Below are positions 39,604-53,896 of a DNA stretch of 64,000 nt, piece by piece (within the stretch, counting starts at the first letter, position 1; each line of letters begins with the position of its first letter). The notes beneath the pieces are model-generated. The model made no database searches. It was not told the DNA's origin and saw only the letters and a list, made by a program, of their open reading frames with translations. The stretch is taken from assembly GCA_003141955.1 (NCBI GenBank), contig PLOC01000035.1:25116-89115 (forward strand), read 5' to 3'. Origin of the DNA: Chloroflexota bacterium (GTDB taxonomy: Bacteria; Chloroflexota; Limnocylindria; Limnocylindrales; CSP1-4). A program made the position numbers and the translations under genes.

Positions 39604-39914
39604 GACACACCTTCCGCGAGGAGCGGGTGCCTGGTGCGGTTTGCCGCACCGGGCCGGCCCGGAGCCCGGACGGCAGCCCTCCGATAGAAGTCGTGGTGCG
39701 TCGGCACGACGCCCCGGTCCGTCGGAGACGGCTGCTGCCGTAGGTTTCGGCGCTTCCTGCCCGCTCCTGAGCCAGTCGGGTCCGAATTACCGGCGCGCCG
39801 GAGCCCGTAGCCGCGGCAAGAGCAGGCTGGACAACGGGCCAGGCCGGCGATCGTGGATCTGGCTGAGACGCGATGCGCCCGGGTCGCGGGCCTGCACGGG
39901 CGCTGCAGAATGGG

Positions 39915-40937
39915 TCAGCGCGTCGGCGGCGGAATCTCCAGCTTCTCGCCGGGGTGGATGCCAGAAGCCGCCCCCGGGTTCATCGCGTAGATCTTGCTCA
40001 GGCTTACCCCGAAGAACTGCGCGATGCCCGCGGCTGTGTCCGCCACCTTGGATCCGTTTCCGCTCGGGCCCGGTCCTCTGACGGTGTAGATGTAACAGTT
40101 GGCCTTCCCGGAACAGGGCACCAGCAGACTCATTCGGGAGGCGGTCGCGCCGGGCGGCCACGTGGCAGACGGGACCGGCGTGGGCGCGAGAGTGGGGCTG
40201 GGCGACGCCGTCGGCGTGGCGGTCGGCGTCGGCTCGGGGGTGGGGGAAACCGTCGGCGCCGCCGTCGGCGTTGGGCCGGCGGTCGGGGTCCCGCTGGCGG
40301 TGACTGCAGCCACCGCGGAGGATGAGCCGGCGTGGCTTCCGCCGCCGGGGGCCCCGGGCAGGAACCCCATCATGATGGCTATGGCCACAACACCGGCAAC
40401 GGCCACGAGCGCGAGGCCCGCGATGGTCAGGTACGGCATCCCCGAATGTGGCTGCTTCGCGGCGGCGGCCGTCGCCGATTCCTCCGCCAGCAGGGTGCCG
40501 CGCATGTATCGCGGGCAGCTGACGTGGACGCGCTGCAGGCACACCAGTTCCTGCTGCCGCAGTGAGAGAGGCAACGGCTCGCCGAAGGCGGCGCAGCGAT
40601 GAGTGGGGACGGCCTCCTCGCGAGGATCGAAGAGCTTGCCATCAGGGGCGATGCTGCGCAGGAACTTGCAGAAAGCCGGGCCGTCGGCGCCGGATGCCGC
40701 TTCGGCCCAGCCCGGAAAGGAAGCCGATTGGTCGAGATCTTCGGGTGTCGCGCCCTGCGTCTCCGCCCCGATCAAGTCCGATTCGCCGCTGCCTTTGGGC
40801 ACGGCCATCAGAAGCGGGTCGTTGCCGCCGGAGCTTCCCCTGCCGGCGCCGCGTCCGCGCGCGAGCCTCGGCCCATCTTGATCGGATGGGATTCGATCGT
40901 CCCGCCCGTCGCCGTTGGACCCTCCGCGAGCGTCCAC
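39915..40937 (-). CDS. LysM-domain membrane protein with N-terminal Cys/His-motif domain
   Basis: C-terminal LysM (YTVRGPGPSG...VADTAAGIAQFFGVSLSKIYAMNPG...IHPGEKLEIP), one TM, and a PT-rich linker. GTG 40937 preceded by AGGAGAGAGC. Confidence 0.8.
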   Translation of the reverse strand: MDARGGSNGDGRDDRIPSDQDGPRLARGRGAGRGSSGGNDPLLMAVPKGSGESDLIGAETQGATPEDLDQSASFPGWAEAASGADGPAFCKFLRSIAPDGKLFDPREEAVPTHRCAAFGEPLPLSLRQQELVCLQRVHVSCPRYMRGTLLAEESATAAAAKQPHSGMPYLTIAGLALVAVAGVVAIAIMMGFLPGAPGGGSHAGSSSAVAAVTASGTPTAGPTPTAAPTVSPTPEPTPTATPTASPSPTLAPTPVPSATWPPGATASRMSLLVPCSGKANCYIYTVRGPGPSGNGSKVADTAAGIAQFFGVSLSKIYAMNPGAASGIHPGEKLEIPPPTR

Positions 40938-41077
40938 GCTCTCTCCTGACCATTGGGCACGACCCCGGCCACTCGGTCCGGAAGGCCGCCGCCCGGCAGT
41001 CTAGTACCTTTCGACCCTTGCCGTAGCGGCAGATTCGATGCTAGCCTCCCGGCCTTCGGAGGTCGCAAGCAGCCTCG

Positions 41078-41320
41078 ATGGCCCTCCCACAGCCCATCAC
41101 GGAGCTCGAGCCCGTCGCCGCCCCTCGGGCGGCGCCACGGATCCGTCGCTGCACCTTCCGGCGTATGAGCCGCGTGGAGATCGCGGGTCGAGCCGCCTAC
41201 GAGGTGAGTTGCCTGTACCCCGATCGCCGGCTTCCGCTGCCGCTGGGCGACCTCGAGTCGAGCGCCGCAGTGTGCGCCCCCTGCCAGGCCGACCACGTGT
41301 TCCGACCCGACGAGGACTGA
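41078..41320 (+). CDS. Small Cys-containing hypothetical protein (80 aa)
   Basis: ATG ORF with about 85% GC3. Contains C-x22-C-x21-CxxC. There is no close SD. Confidence 0.4.
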   Translation: MALPQPITELEPVAAPRAAPRIRRCTFRRMSRVEIAGRAAYEVSCLYPDRRLPLPLGDLESSAAVCAPCQADHVFRPDED

Positions 41321-41389
41321 GGCAGGGCCGGGCCCCGCGCCGCGGGAGCATCCAGCCGGGCTGGACGTCGGCCGTTCGACTTGACAGAG

Positions 41390-41765
41390 TGGCGGCGAGC
41401 CGGCCTGTAAGCCGAGTTCTGTGCCGCAACCTGAGTCGCGGCGACGATCATCCATCTCTGGCCGCCGGTTACCCGACGGCTCAAGCGGCCGACCCGAGGA
41501 CTGGGCAGCGCGACCTCTTCCGTCCGAACGACCGGTTGCCCGGGCGGTCGAACCGCGTCCTCCTATTTGGCCTTGCTCCGAGCAGAGTTTGCCGCGTTTC
41601 ACCTACCGCTCTCGGGTCGCCCCGAGCCCGGCTACGTCTCTGTGGCACTGGTCCTCGCCTCACGGCGGACGGGCGTTACCCGCTACCCTGCGCTGAGGAG
41701 CTCGGACTTTCCTCGCGCTCCCGACCGAGGCCGGGTGCGCGCGATCGTCCGGCCGACTCGCCGGG
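41390..41765 (-). ncRNA. rnpB: RNase P RNA, bacterial type A
   Basis: The minus strand carries GAGGAAAGTCCGAGCTC (41714-41698), GGAGCAAGGCCAAATAGGAGG, CAGTGCCACAGAGA, and ACAGAACTCGGCTTACAG near the 3' end. P1 pairing is GGCGAGTCGGCC with GGCCGGCTCGCC. Ends are good to about 5 nt. Confidence 0.9.
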
Positions 41766-41828
41766 CGGCATTCTAGTCCAGCCGGCAGTGCGAGCCAAAT
41801 CAGTCTCGTTACGGACCGGGAGGTCGCC

Positions 41829-42386
41829 GTGGACGCTGGCCGAACGAACGACGTCGAGGCGCGGGGGATCCTGATCCGCCGGGCCGGCCTCGCCGACGCT
41901 CGCGCCATCGCCGAGGTGACCGTCGCGGGCTGGCGGGCCGCCTATCGAGAGATGCTCCCCGACGACTTCCTGGATGCGATGCGCGTCGACGCCCGAGAGG
42001 TCGCCTGGCGCGAGATGTTGGCCCGGGACGTGGACGGCGGGGTTCCGGCCTGGGTCGCCGAGCGCGCCGGCCGCGTCGCCGGCTTCGTCAGCAGCGGCCC
42101 TCCACGGGATGAAGACGTACCACTCCCCGCGGCCGAGATCTACGCGATCTACGTGCTGGCAGAGGCGTGGCGGCAGGGGCTGGGGCGAGCTCTCCTGGAG
42201 ACCGCGGTGACTCACTGGCGTGCCGGCGGCGCGAAGACCCTGGTCCTGTGGGTCTTCGAGGCCAACGCGCCAGCCCGAGCCTTCTACGAGGCGATGGGCT
42301 GGCGAGCCGACGGCGGCCGCCAGGCGCTGGAGCTGGGCAGCGCATCCGCCATCGAGATTCGCTATCGCCTTTGCCCCGGGCCTTGA
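41829..42386 (+). CDS. GNAT family N-acetyltransferase
   Basis: IRRAGLADARAIAEV...IYVLAEAWRQGLGRALLETAV...LWVFEANAPARAFYEAMGW. Confidence 0.85.
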   Translation: MDAGRTNDVEARGILIRRAGLADARAIAEVTVAGWRAAYREMLPDDFLDAMRVDAREVAWREMLARDVDGGVPAWVAERAGRVAGFVSSGPPRDEDVPLPAAEIYAIYVLAEAWRQGLGRALLETAVTHWRAGGAKTLVLWVFEANAPARAFYEAMGWRADGGRQALELGSASAIEIRYRLCPGP

Positions 42387-42469
42387 GCGCGGCCCGCTCC
42401 AGACCGATCGCCGGCGCCGGCATTACGATGCCCGGTGAAACCCACGATCGCAGCGGCAGGAGTGCGGCA

Positions 42470-43297
42470 ATGGCCAAGAAGGAGACCCACCACAGCCTGC
42501 GCGAGCTCACGCGCATCAAGCCGGGCGAGAAGGTGGACCTGGCGAAGTTCGACTGCGGGGAAGCATTCGGTCGCCAGAAGGAGGAGGCGGACGAGGTTCT
42601 CGCGGCCAACCTCACCCGGCTGACAGACCTCCAGACCCGCATCTACGCCGAGGCCAAGCACGCCGTCCTCATAGTCCTGCAGGGGATCGATGCGGCCGGC
42701 AAGGACGGCACGATCCGCGTCATCGCCGGCGCCTTCAACCCCCAGGGGACGCCGGTCACTTCGTTCAAGGAGCCAACGCCTATAGAACTGGCCCACGACT
42801 TCCTGTGGCGGGTCCATGCAGCGGTCCCCGGCAAGGGCCAGATCGGCATCTTCAACCGCAGCCACTACGAGCAGGTCCTGATCGTTCGCGTGCACAAACT
42901 GGAACCGGAAGAGCAATGGCGGCGCCACTACGGCGAGATCCGCGATTGGGAGCTGATGCTCACCCAGGAAGGCGTCACGATCCTCAAGTTCTTCCTGGCC
43001 ATCGACAAGGACACGCAGCGTGAGCGCTTCCAGGAACGTGTCGACGATCCGACCAAGCGCTGGAAGTTCTCGCTGAGCGACGTTGCGGAGCGCAAGTTCT
43101 GGGACCAGTACCGGGCCGCGTTCGAGGAGATGCTGGCGGAGACGAGCACCGACTATGCGCCCTGGCATCTGATCCCGGCCAATCGAAACTGGCTGCGCAA
43201 CCTGGCCGTAAGCGAGATCGTGGCCGACGCCATCGACGAGCTGAACCCGCAGTTCCCCGAGCCCGCGGCCGGCATCGAGGGCATCAAGGTCGTGTAG
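42470..43297 (+). CDS. ppk2: Polyphosphate kinase 2 family protein
   Basis: Internal ATG of ORF 42167..43297 (AGGAG 9 nt upstream). LIVLQGIDAAGKDGTI, FNRSHYE, KFFLAIDKDTQRERF, RWKFSLSD. Confidence 0.9.
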   Translation: MAKKETHHSLRELTRIKPGEKVDLAKFDCGEAFGRQKEEADEVLAANLTRLTDLQTRIYAEAKHAVLIVLQGIDAAGKDGTIRVIAGAFNPQGTPVTSFKEPTPIELAHDFLWRVHAAVPGKGQIGIFNRSHYEQVLIVRVHKLEPEEQWRRHYGEIRDWELMLTQEGVTILKFFLAIDKDTQRERFQERVDDPTKRWKFSLSDVAERKFWDQYRAAFEEMLAETSTDYAPWHLIPANRNWLRNLAVSEIVADAIDELNPQFPEPAAGIEGIKVV

Positions 43298-43344
43298 CCG
43301 GCCGTTCGCTCGGACTGCGAACCTGATCGCCCCGGCGCGCTCCC

Positions 43345-43806
43345 CTACTTCGGCCGAACGACGACCACGCGGGCGCCGCCGGCCTGCGCCCGATCGATGG
43401 CCTCGTTGCAGAGCGCGTCCGCCTGCTTGTTCTGGGCCCTGGGCACGTGCGCCGCGCTCCATTGAGTGAAGCGGGCCAGCCGCGCCTTCGCCTCGGCGTG
43501 GAGCGGGATCAGCTTGGCGTCCTTGACCCGCCAGCGACCGTGGAGCTGCTCCACGATCAGCTTGGAGTCGAGCAGCATCTCCAGCTCGAGCGTGCCCAGC
43601 TCTTCGGCGAGGGCCAGGGCTCGCAGCACGGCTGTGTACTCGGCCACGTTGTTCGTCTGGACGCCGAGGTACTCCGAGATGGAGGCCACCGGCACGGCGT
43701 CGGGGCGGCGTGCGCCCGGCGTGGAGGCATCGATCAGGACCGCCCCCAAAGACGCCGGACCGGGGTTGCCGCGGGCGGCGCCGTCGGTTCGAACGATCAG
43801 CCTCAT
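43345..43806 (-). CDS. rnhA: RNase HI-like ribonuclease
   Basis: Internal ATG of ORF 43345..44022 (MRLIVRTDGAARGNPGPAS...NNVAEYTAVLRAL...DSKLIVEQL...NKQADALCN), which contains the DEDD residues. Confidence 0.85.
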   Translation of the reverse strand: MRLIVRTDGAARGNPGPASLGAVLIDASTPGARRPDAVPVASISEYLGVQTNNVAEYTAVLRALALAEELGTLELEMLLDSKLIVEQLHGRWRVKDAKLIPLHAEAKARLARFTQWSAAHVPRAQNKQADALCNEAIDRAQAGGARVVVVRPK

Positions 43807-43919
43807 CTGCCGACCCGGGCTCGAGGCGGCCGACTCGTCCGGCTGCGCGGACGCCGGCCCTTCGGCCCCGGCGCCTACCGAGCTCCAGAGAGAGTCCCAC
43901 TCCGGATCGGACGGCCCGC

Positions 43920-44618
43920 TCAGCCTCGTCGCCCCACGATCGCCGAAGAGACTTCCAGGATGGCCCGGGTGATGTTGATCCCGCGCGGGCAGGCCTCGAC
44001 GCAGTTGAAGATCGTCCGGCATCTCCAGACGCCGTCCTCATCGGAGAGGATCTCGAGCCGTTCGGCCGCGCCTTCGTCTCGAGAGTCGAAGATGAACCGG
44101 TGGGCCTGGACGATCGCTGCCGGGCCGACGTACTCGGGCCGGGCCCAGAAGGACGGGCAGGAGGTCGTGCACGCCGCGCACAGGATGCACTTGGTCGTGT
44201 CGTCGAAGCGGGCCCGGTCCTCCGGGCTCTGGCGCCGCTCGCGCTCGGGTTCAGGCTGCTCGTTGATGAGGTACGGCTTCACGGAGCGGTACTTGCCGAA
44301 GAAGCCGCTCATCTCCACGACCACATCCTTGACGACTGGCAGGCCGGGCAGCGGAGCGACCGAGATCTTCCTGCCGAGCTGGTCGACCCGGATGCGGCAG
44401 GCCAGCCGGTTTCGGTTGTTTATCAACATCGCGTCCGAGCCGCAGATGCCGTGTCCGCAGGAGCGACGGAAGCTGAGCGAGCCGTCCTGCTCGGCCTTCA
44501 CCTTGATCAGCAGATCGAGGACGCGGTCCATTGGATCGACGGTGAGCTGGTAGTTCTCCCAGTGAGGAGCCTGGTCGCGCTCGGGGTCGTAGCGGAGGAT
44601 TCGCAGATCGACGTTCAT
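43920..44618 (-). CDS. sdhB: Succinate dehydrogenase iron-sulfur subunit
   Basis: Three Cys clusters: SCGHGICGSDAMLIN, CILCAACTTSCP, CRTIFNCVEACPR. Confidence 0.95.
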   Translation of the reverse strand: MNVDLRILRYDPERDQAPHWENYQLTVDPMDRVLDLLIKVKAEQDGSLSFRRSCGHGICGSDAMLINNRNRLACRIRVDQLGRKISVAPLPGLPVVKDVVVEMSGFFGKYRSVKPYLINEQPEPERERRQSPEDRARFDDTTKCILCAACTTSCPSFWARPEYVGPAAIVQAHRFIFDSRDEGAAERLEILSDEDGVWRCRTIFNCVEACPRGINITRAILEVSSAIVGRRG

Positions 44619-44628
44619 TGCATCGGCC

Positions 44629-46377
<1,749 letters not shown>

Positions 46378-46380
46378 CGG

Positions 46381-46773
46381 TCAGCTCGGCATCGTGAGAG
46401 GGACGGAGAGGACGACGACGGTGCCCATCACGAAGACTACGGCCCCAACCAGGTACAAGGCCGTCAGGGCGAAGGTTCGCTTGCCGCCCTTGAGGTAGTC
46501 CATGGTCACCGTCCGCATGCCCAGGAAGGCATGGAGGACAACCATCATCAGGAGCAGCCAGTCGAAGCTGCGCCAGAAGAGGCTGTTCCAGCGCTGGTTG
46601 AAGATCCAGGTGGCGCTCTCCTGGCTGGGATCGAAGAGGAAGTGCTCGAGGCTGAAGTGGGCAAAAGCGAGGAAGAACAGAGCGACGCCCGAGAGTCGCA
46701 TGAAGTACCAGGCCGCCAGCTCGAAGCCGCCGCTCTGGGGCTTGGGCCGGCCGGACCGCGAATACAGAGCCAT
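46381..46773 (-). CDS. sdhD: Succinate dehydrogenase hydrophobic membrane anchor subunit
   Basis: Three TM helices. Position between sdhC and sdhA. Confidence 0.75.
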   Translation of the reverse strand: MALYSRSGRPKPQSGGFELAAWYFMRLSGVALFFLAFAHFSLEHFLFDPSQESATWIFNQRWNSLFWRSFDWLLLMMVVLHAFLGMRTVTMDYLKGGKRTFALTALYLVGAVVFVMGTVVVLSVPLTMPS

Positions 46774-46785
46774 CTCGTCCCCTCC

Positions 46786-47151
46786 CTACCAGCCGAAGGC
46801 CGGTTTCATGATGACGAAGGCCCCCGGCAGGCCGACGCCGATGAAGATGACCCAGTTCGCGTACCAGATCTGCTTGTGGTAGGCCGTCAGCCGCGGCCAA
46901 AAGTCCATCGCCATGATCCGCAGACCGTTGAGGCCGTGGTACAGAAGGGCTGCACCGAGAAGGACTTCCATGATCCGGCCGGGTGTGCTGGCGTAGAACT
47001 TGAGGATGTCGTCGTAGACGTTCGGGTTGCCTCCGGCGAGATAGATGTCCAGCACGTGGAGCAGGACGAAGAGCCAGATGGCGATCCCCGAAATGCGATG
47101 GAACGCCCAGGCCACCATCCCCTCGGAGCCGCGATAGCGAAGCAGCAGCAT
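46786..47151 (-). CDS. sdhC: Succinate dehydrogenase cytochrome b subunit
   Basis: HRISGIAIWLFVLLHV..., three TM helices. First gene of sdhCDAB. Confidence 0.8.
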   Translation of the reverse strand: MLLLRYRGSEGMVAWAFHRISGIAIWLFVLLHVLDIYLAGGNPNVYDDILKFYASTPGRIMEVLLGAALLYHGLNGLRIMAMDFWPRLTAYHKQIWYANWVIFIGVGLPGAFVIMKPAFGW

Positions 47152-47205
47152 TGCGCCTCCCGAACCCTATTCGACCGGTCTCGACCGATCCGGAATTGCG
47201 GCCGA

Positions 47206-48228
47206 TCAGGCCGTGGCGGCCGGCGACTCCAGGCGGGCGACGATCGCATCGGCGAAGTCGCTCGTCCCGGCCGAGCCGCCGAGATCGTAGGTGACGGTGC
47301 GGCCCTCGGCGATGACAGCCCGGACGGCGTCCTCGACCCGCTCGGCCGCGGCTTGCTCGCCGATGTGGCGGAGCATCAGCACGCCGGAGAGCATCAGCGC
47401 GGTGGGATTTGCCTTGTTCTGGCCCGCGTACTTGGGGGCGGAGCCATGGACGGCCTCGAAGACCGCCGCCGCCGTCCCGATATTGGCCCCCGGGGCGACT
47501 CCCAGCCCGCCGACGAGACCGGCGCACAGGTCGCTGACGATGTCGCCGTACAGGTTGGGCAGGACGAGCACGTCGTACAGCTCCGGCTTCTGGACGAGCT
47601 GCATGCACATGTTGTCGACGATGCGGTCCTCGAAGGCGATCCTGCCCTCGTACAGCGCGGCGATGGTCCGGCAACTCTCCAGGAACAGGCCGTCGGAGAA
47701 CTTCATGATGTTGGCCTTGTGCACGGCCGTGACCTTGCGGCGGCCGTTGGCGACGGCGTACTCGAAGGCGAAGCGGGCGATCCGTTCCGACGCGGAGCGG
47801 GTGATGATCTTGATGCTTTCGGCGGCGTCCGGCCCGACCATGTGCTCGATGCCGGCGTACAGGTCCTCGGTGTTCTCGCGGACGATGACCAGGTCGACGT
47901 CGTCGTAGCGGGTCTTCAGGCCCGGGATCGAACGCACCGGCCGGAGGTTGGCGTACAGACCAAGAGCCTGGCGAAGGGCCACGTTGACGGAGCGGAAGCC
48001 CACCCCAACCGGCGTCGTGATGGGTCCCTTGAGGGCGACCTTGTTGCGGAGGATCGAGTCGAGAACGGACTGCGGTAGAGGCGTCCCCTCCTTCGCCATG
48101 ACCGCCTCGCCGGCGTCGACGACCTCCCAGTCGAGCTTGACTCCCGAGGCGTCGAGAACTCGCCTGGTTGCCTCGGCCAGCTCGGGGCCGATGCCGTCTC
48201 CCGGAATGAGCGTCACTGTTTGGGCCAT
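47206..48228 (-). CDS. icd: Isocitrate/isopropylmalate dehydrogenase family enzyme, probably NAD(P)-isocitrate dehydrogenase
   Basis: Internal ATG of ORF 47206..49296. [47 protein letters not shown]-gene context. Confidence 0.85.
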   Translation of the reverse strand: MAQTVTLIPGDGIGPELAEATRRVLDASGVKLDWEVVDAGEAVMAKEGTPLPQSVLDSILRNKVALKGPITTPVGVGFRSVNVALRQALGLYANLRPVRSIPGLKTRYDDVDLVIVRENTEDLYAGIEHMVGPDAAESIKIITRSASERIARFAFEYAVANGRRKVTAVHKANIMKFSDGLFLESCRTIAALYEGRIAFEDRIVDNMCMQLVQKPELYDVLVLPNLYGDIVSDLCAGLVGGLGVAPGANIGTAAAVFEAVHGSAPKYAGQNKANPTALMLSGVLMLRHIGEQAAAERVEDAVRAVIAEGRTVTYDLGGSAGTSDFADAIVARLESPAATA

Positions 48229-48399
48229 GGGCGGAATTCTAGCCACAAGCCATGGGCGCGGCAGCCGCCCTGAGAGAGTGGCGTCCTGGGCAGCCTGACC
48301 CGATTCGCGCGACCTCCTGCTAGGATCGGTCCATTGCACCGGGGGCCACCGCGGAGTCCGGTACCGCCCCTCGTCTGCCAGATATCGGGAGTGGCCGGC

Positions 48400-49574
<1,175 letters not shown>

Positions 49575-49578
<4 letters not shown>

Positions 49579-50459
49579 GCATCCTCGTCGGGCGCGATAC
49601 GCTCCTGGTCGTTCAGGGCATCACCGGCCGCGAGGGCGAGTTCCACACCCGCGCCTCGATCGCCTACGGCACAAAGGTCGTTGCCGGCACGCGGCCGGGC
49701 AAGGGCGGCCAGACGGCCATCGACGGCACCGTCCCGATCTTCGACACCGTCGCCGAGGCCGCGAAGCAGGCCGGCGCCAATACTTCGGTGATCTACATTC
49801 CGGCGAGCGGCGCTCCGGACGCGATCCTGGAGTCGGTCGATGCCGGCATCAGGACGATCGTCTGCATCACCGAAGGCGTGCCCGCCCTCGACATGATCTC
49901 CGTCGTGGAGGCAGTCCGGCGCGCCGGAGCGCGGCTCATCGGGCCCAACTGCCCGGGCGTCACGTCGCCCGGCCAGGCCAAAGTGGGCATCATCCCGGCT
50001 TCGATCCACAAGCCCGGTCGCGTGGGCGTGGTCTCGCGCTCCGGCACGCTCACCTATGAGGCCGTGCAGGCGATGACCGATGCAGGGTTGGGCCAGTCGA
50101 CATGCGTAGGCATCGGCGGCGACCCGATCATCGGCACCACTTTCCTCGACGTCCTCAAGCTCTTCCGCGACGACCCGGACACCGACGCGATCGTGATGAT
50201 CGGCGAGATCGGCGGGTCCGCCGAGGAGGAAGCGGCCGCCTTTGCCGCCGAGCACCTCAGGGGCGTCCCGATGGCCGCCTTCATCGCGGGGCGGACGGCG
50301 CCTCCAGGACGGCGCATGGGCCACGCCGGCGCCATCATCTCGGGCGGCTCGGGCACCGCGGCGGAGAAGATCGCCGCTCTCGAAGCCGCGGGCGTGCGCG
50401 TGGCGGACTCCCCCACACAACTGCCCCGGCTGCTCCTCGAGGCCGGCTACCGGGCGTAG
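49575..50459 (+). CDS. sucD: Succinate--CoA ligase subunit alpha
   Basis: [42 protein letters not shown] overlap with sucC. Confidence 0.96.
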
Positions 50460-50491
50460 TCGGCGGCTCGGACCGTCGCCAGAAGATGCGG

Positions 50492-50523
50492 GCGGCCCAT
50501 ACTCACTGGCGTTGATGGGCCGC
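50492..50523 (+). terminator. Hairpin after sucD
   Basis: GCGGCCCAT (50492-50500) pairs with ATGGGCCGC (50515-50523), followed by AGCATATTTG. Confidence 0.35.
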
Positions 50524-50549
50524 AGCATATTTGCGAAACGGAGTGGCCC

Positions 50550-51023
50550 GTGGGCATCCTGATGGATCTCGTGGCGGGCGATGCCCGCGAGATCCTGCTC
50601 GCCATCGGCATGGACGACTGGGCCGGGCTGCGCGACCCCGCGCGTTTCACCGCCTACATCTCGCTGGGCGGCGGAATGGACCAGACGTGGCTCGACCTGT
50701 TCAGCCAGGCCGCGCGCGAAACCGCGGACGGCGACTCACCCGCTCCGTTCAGCGAGAGCATCTATTCGCTGGAAAGCCGGCTGGCCGATCTCTCGGATCG
50801 AACCGTGGAGCGCGTCGATCCGGACTGGGTCGACGAAGTCGCGCTGCTGCCGGACGGACACCTGGACCGCATCGCGGCTCGCTGGATCGATCTCATCGAT
50901 TGCGAGGAATGCTCTGTCGATCCGGACGAGAAGCCGATGCTGCGCGAGCTGGCGGGCGATCTCGTCGACTTCTGCCGCCGCGCCGAGGGCGCCGAGGACG
51001 TCCTCCTAGCCTGGTCGATCTAG
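50550..51023 (+). CDS. Acidic hypothetical protein (157 aa)
   Basis: GTG start with GGAG 7 nt upstream and a coding-like composition. I recognise no family. Confidence 0.5.
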   Translation: MGILMDLVAGDAREILLAIGMDDWAGLRDPARFTAYISLGGGMDQTWLDLFSQAARETADGDSPAPFSESIYSLESRLADLSDRTVERVDPDWVDEVALLPDGHLDRIAARWIDLIDCEECSVDPDEKPMLRELAGDLVDFCRRAEGAEDVLLAWSI

Positions 51024-51066
51024 GTTCTTCCGATCTCCCCGCCGCGATCGGCGGGCGGCAAGAGGC

Positions 51067-51531
51067 TCAGTATTCCAACCTCGACCAGGCCGGGCCGCCA
51101 GGGGCCTCGATCAGCTCGACCAGGACACCGTGGCAACTCTTGGGGTGGACGAATGCGACGGGGCCTTCGGCGCCCTTTCGAGCAGTCTTGTCGATGAGCT
51201 GGAGCCCGTCCGCCGCCAGCTTGTCGAGGGCAGCCTGGATGTCCGGCACCTCGAAGCAGACGTGGTGGAAGCCCTCGCCCCTGGCTTCGAGAAACTTGGC
51301 CGCGCCGGTCGTGTCGTCGTCCGGCTGAACGAGCTCGATCTTGACCTCGCCAACCGGCAGGAAGCCGATCGTCACGCGGTCGTACAGGATCGGCATGACT
51401 GTCTCGACCGTGAGCCCAAGCTTGTCTCGGTAGAGGTCGAGAACCGATTCGAGATCGCGAACGATGATGGCGACATGGTGGATCTTGCCGATCCTCAGGC
51501 CCTCGGGCAGGGCGGACTTGAGCTGATCCAT
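51067..51531 (-). CDS. mce: Methylmalonyl-CoA epimerase (VOC/glyoxalase fold)
   Basis: Internal ATG of ORF 51067..51723. IHHVAIIVRDLE...IELVQP...FLEARGEGFHHVCFEV...HPKSCHGVLVELIE. Confidence 0.85.
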   Translation of the reverse strand: MDQLKSALPEGLRIGKIHHVAIIVRDLESVLDLYRDKLGLTVETVMPILYDRVTIGFLPVGEVKIELVQPDDDTTGAAKFLEARGEGFHHVCFEVPDIQAALDKLAADGLQLIDKTARKGAEGPVAFVHPKSCHGVLVELIEAPGGPAWSRLEY

Positions 51532-51732
51532 GGCACTCCTGCGACTAGCGAGACGGGTACGAGACAGGTGCCGGACCGGACAGGCGTTCGATGTCCGCCG
51601 AGCCGCCATGACCGCCGGCGACCGTCCAATGGTACGAAAACGGTGGGTTCGCCCGCAGGTGCCGTTCGCTTCACGCTTGAAGGGGCGTTCTTCTCGAAGC
51701 CCGGCCCGGTCGAGCCGGCTCAAGCAATCGAT

Positions 51733-51758
51733 CCTGGCAGCTGCTGGCAGCTGCCAGG
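51733..51758. repeat. Perfect 11-bp stem / 4-nt loop palindrome built from tandem TGGCAGCTGC
   Basis: CCTGGCAGCTG ctgg CAGCTGCCAGG. It lies 71 nt downstream of the mutase stop on the minus strand and could act as a terminator. Confidence 0.35.
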
Positions 51759-51828
51759 AATCTAAGTCGCCACAGCTGCAGGCAGCTATCCAGCGCGGGC
51801 ACTCGGGGCTCCCCCACCCTTGCCCACC

Positions 51829-53532
<1,704 letters not shown>

Positions 53533-53789
53533 GTACCGCTTCCTCCAGCAATTCCCGCCTGTCCACCCGGCGGGCGCGCTGATTGATGATGGCACGGACC
53601 TGGCCTCCCGTGCCAGTCCCCGGATCCGCCGGTTACGTGCCGCAGATCGCCGGTCCGACGAGCGCAGGCCAGGGCGGGGACGAGCGCCCGCAATTCAACG
53701 TGCCTGGGCGAGAAGCGCAGCAGACAACGCAGGAATGGGCCGGCCGGCGGAGCGAGATGCAGGCAGCGATCCGCTGGATCCGGGCTTGG

Positions 53790-53819
53790 CCCGGCCGTCT
53801 TTGCGCAAAGACGGCCGGG
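53790..53819. other. Perfect 13-bp stem / GCGC loop hairpin in the divergent mutase-parA spacer
   Basis: CCCGGCCGTCTTT gcgc AAAGACGGCCGGG. Confidence 0.4.
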
Positions 53820-53896
53820 TCCGATTCGGTGCCGATTCCAAATCTGCGTCCCGCGGGTGCACATAACACCTTCGGGGGGTGGATGGATTGCGGTAG

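Noticed and set aside
40938-41330. Possible c-di-AMP (ydaO-type) riboswitch upstream of the LysM gene on the minus strand
   Set aside because: Only isolated resemblances exist (ACAGGCAACUCACCUCGUAGGCG; CGAAUC...GAAAGGUAC). They are in the wrong order and spacing, and the GGGGxCCCA and GGGGUGAAUC cores are absent. The plus strand has a coding-like ORF. An Rfam scan is needed to be sure.
43807-44022. N-terminal 72-aa extension of the RNase H ORF overlapping sdhB
   Set aside because: The extension is low-complexity and overlaps the sdhB 3' end in another frame. The RNase H fold starts at MRLIVRTDG (ATG 43806).
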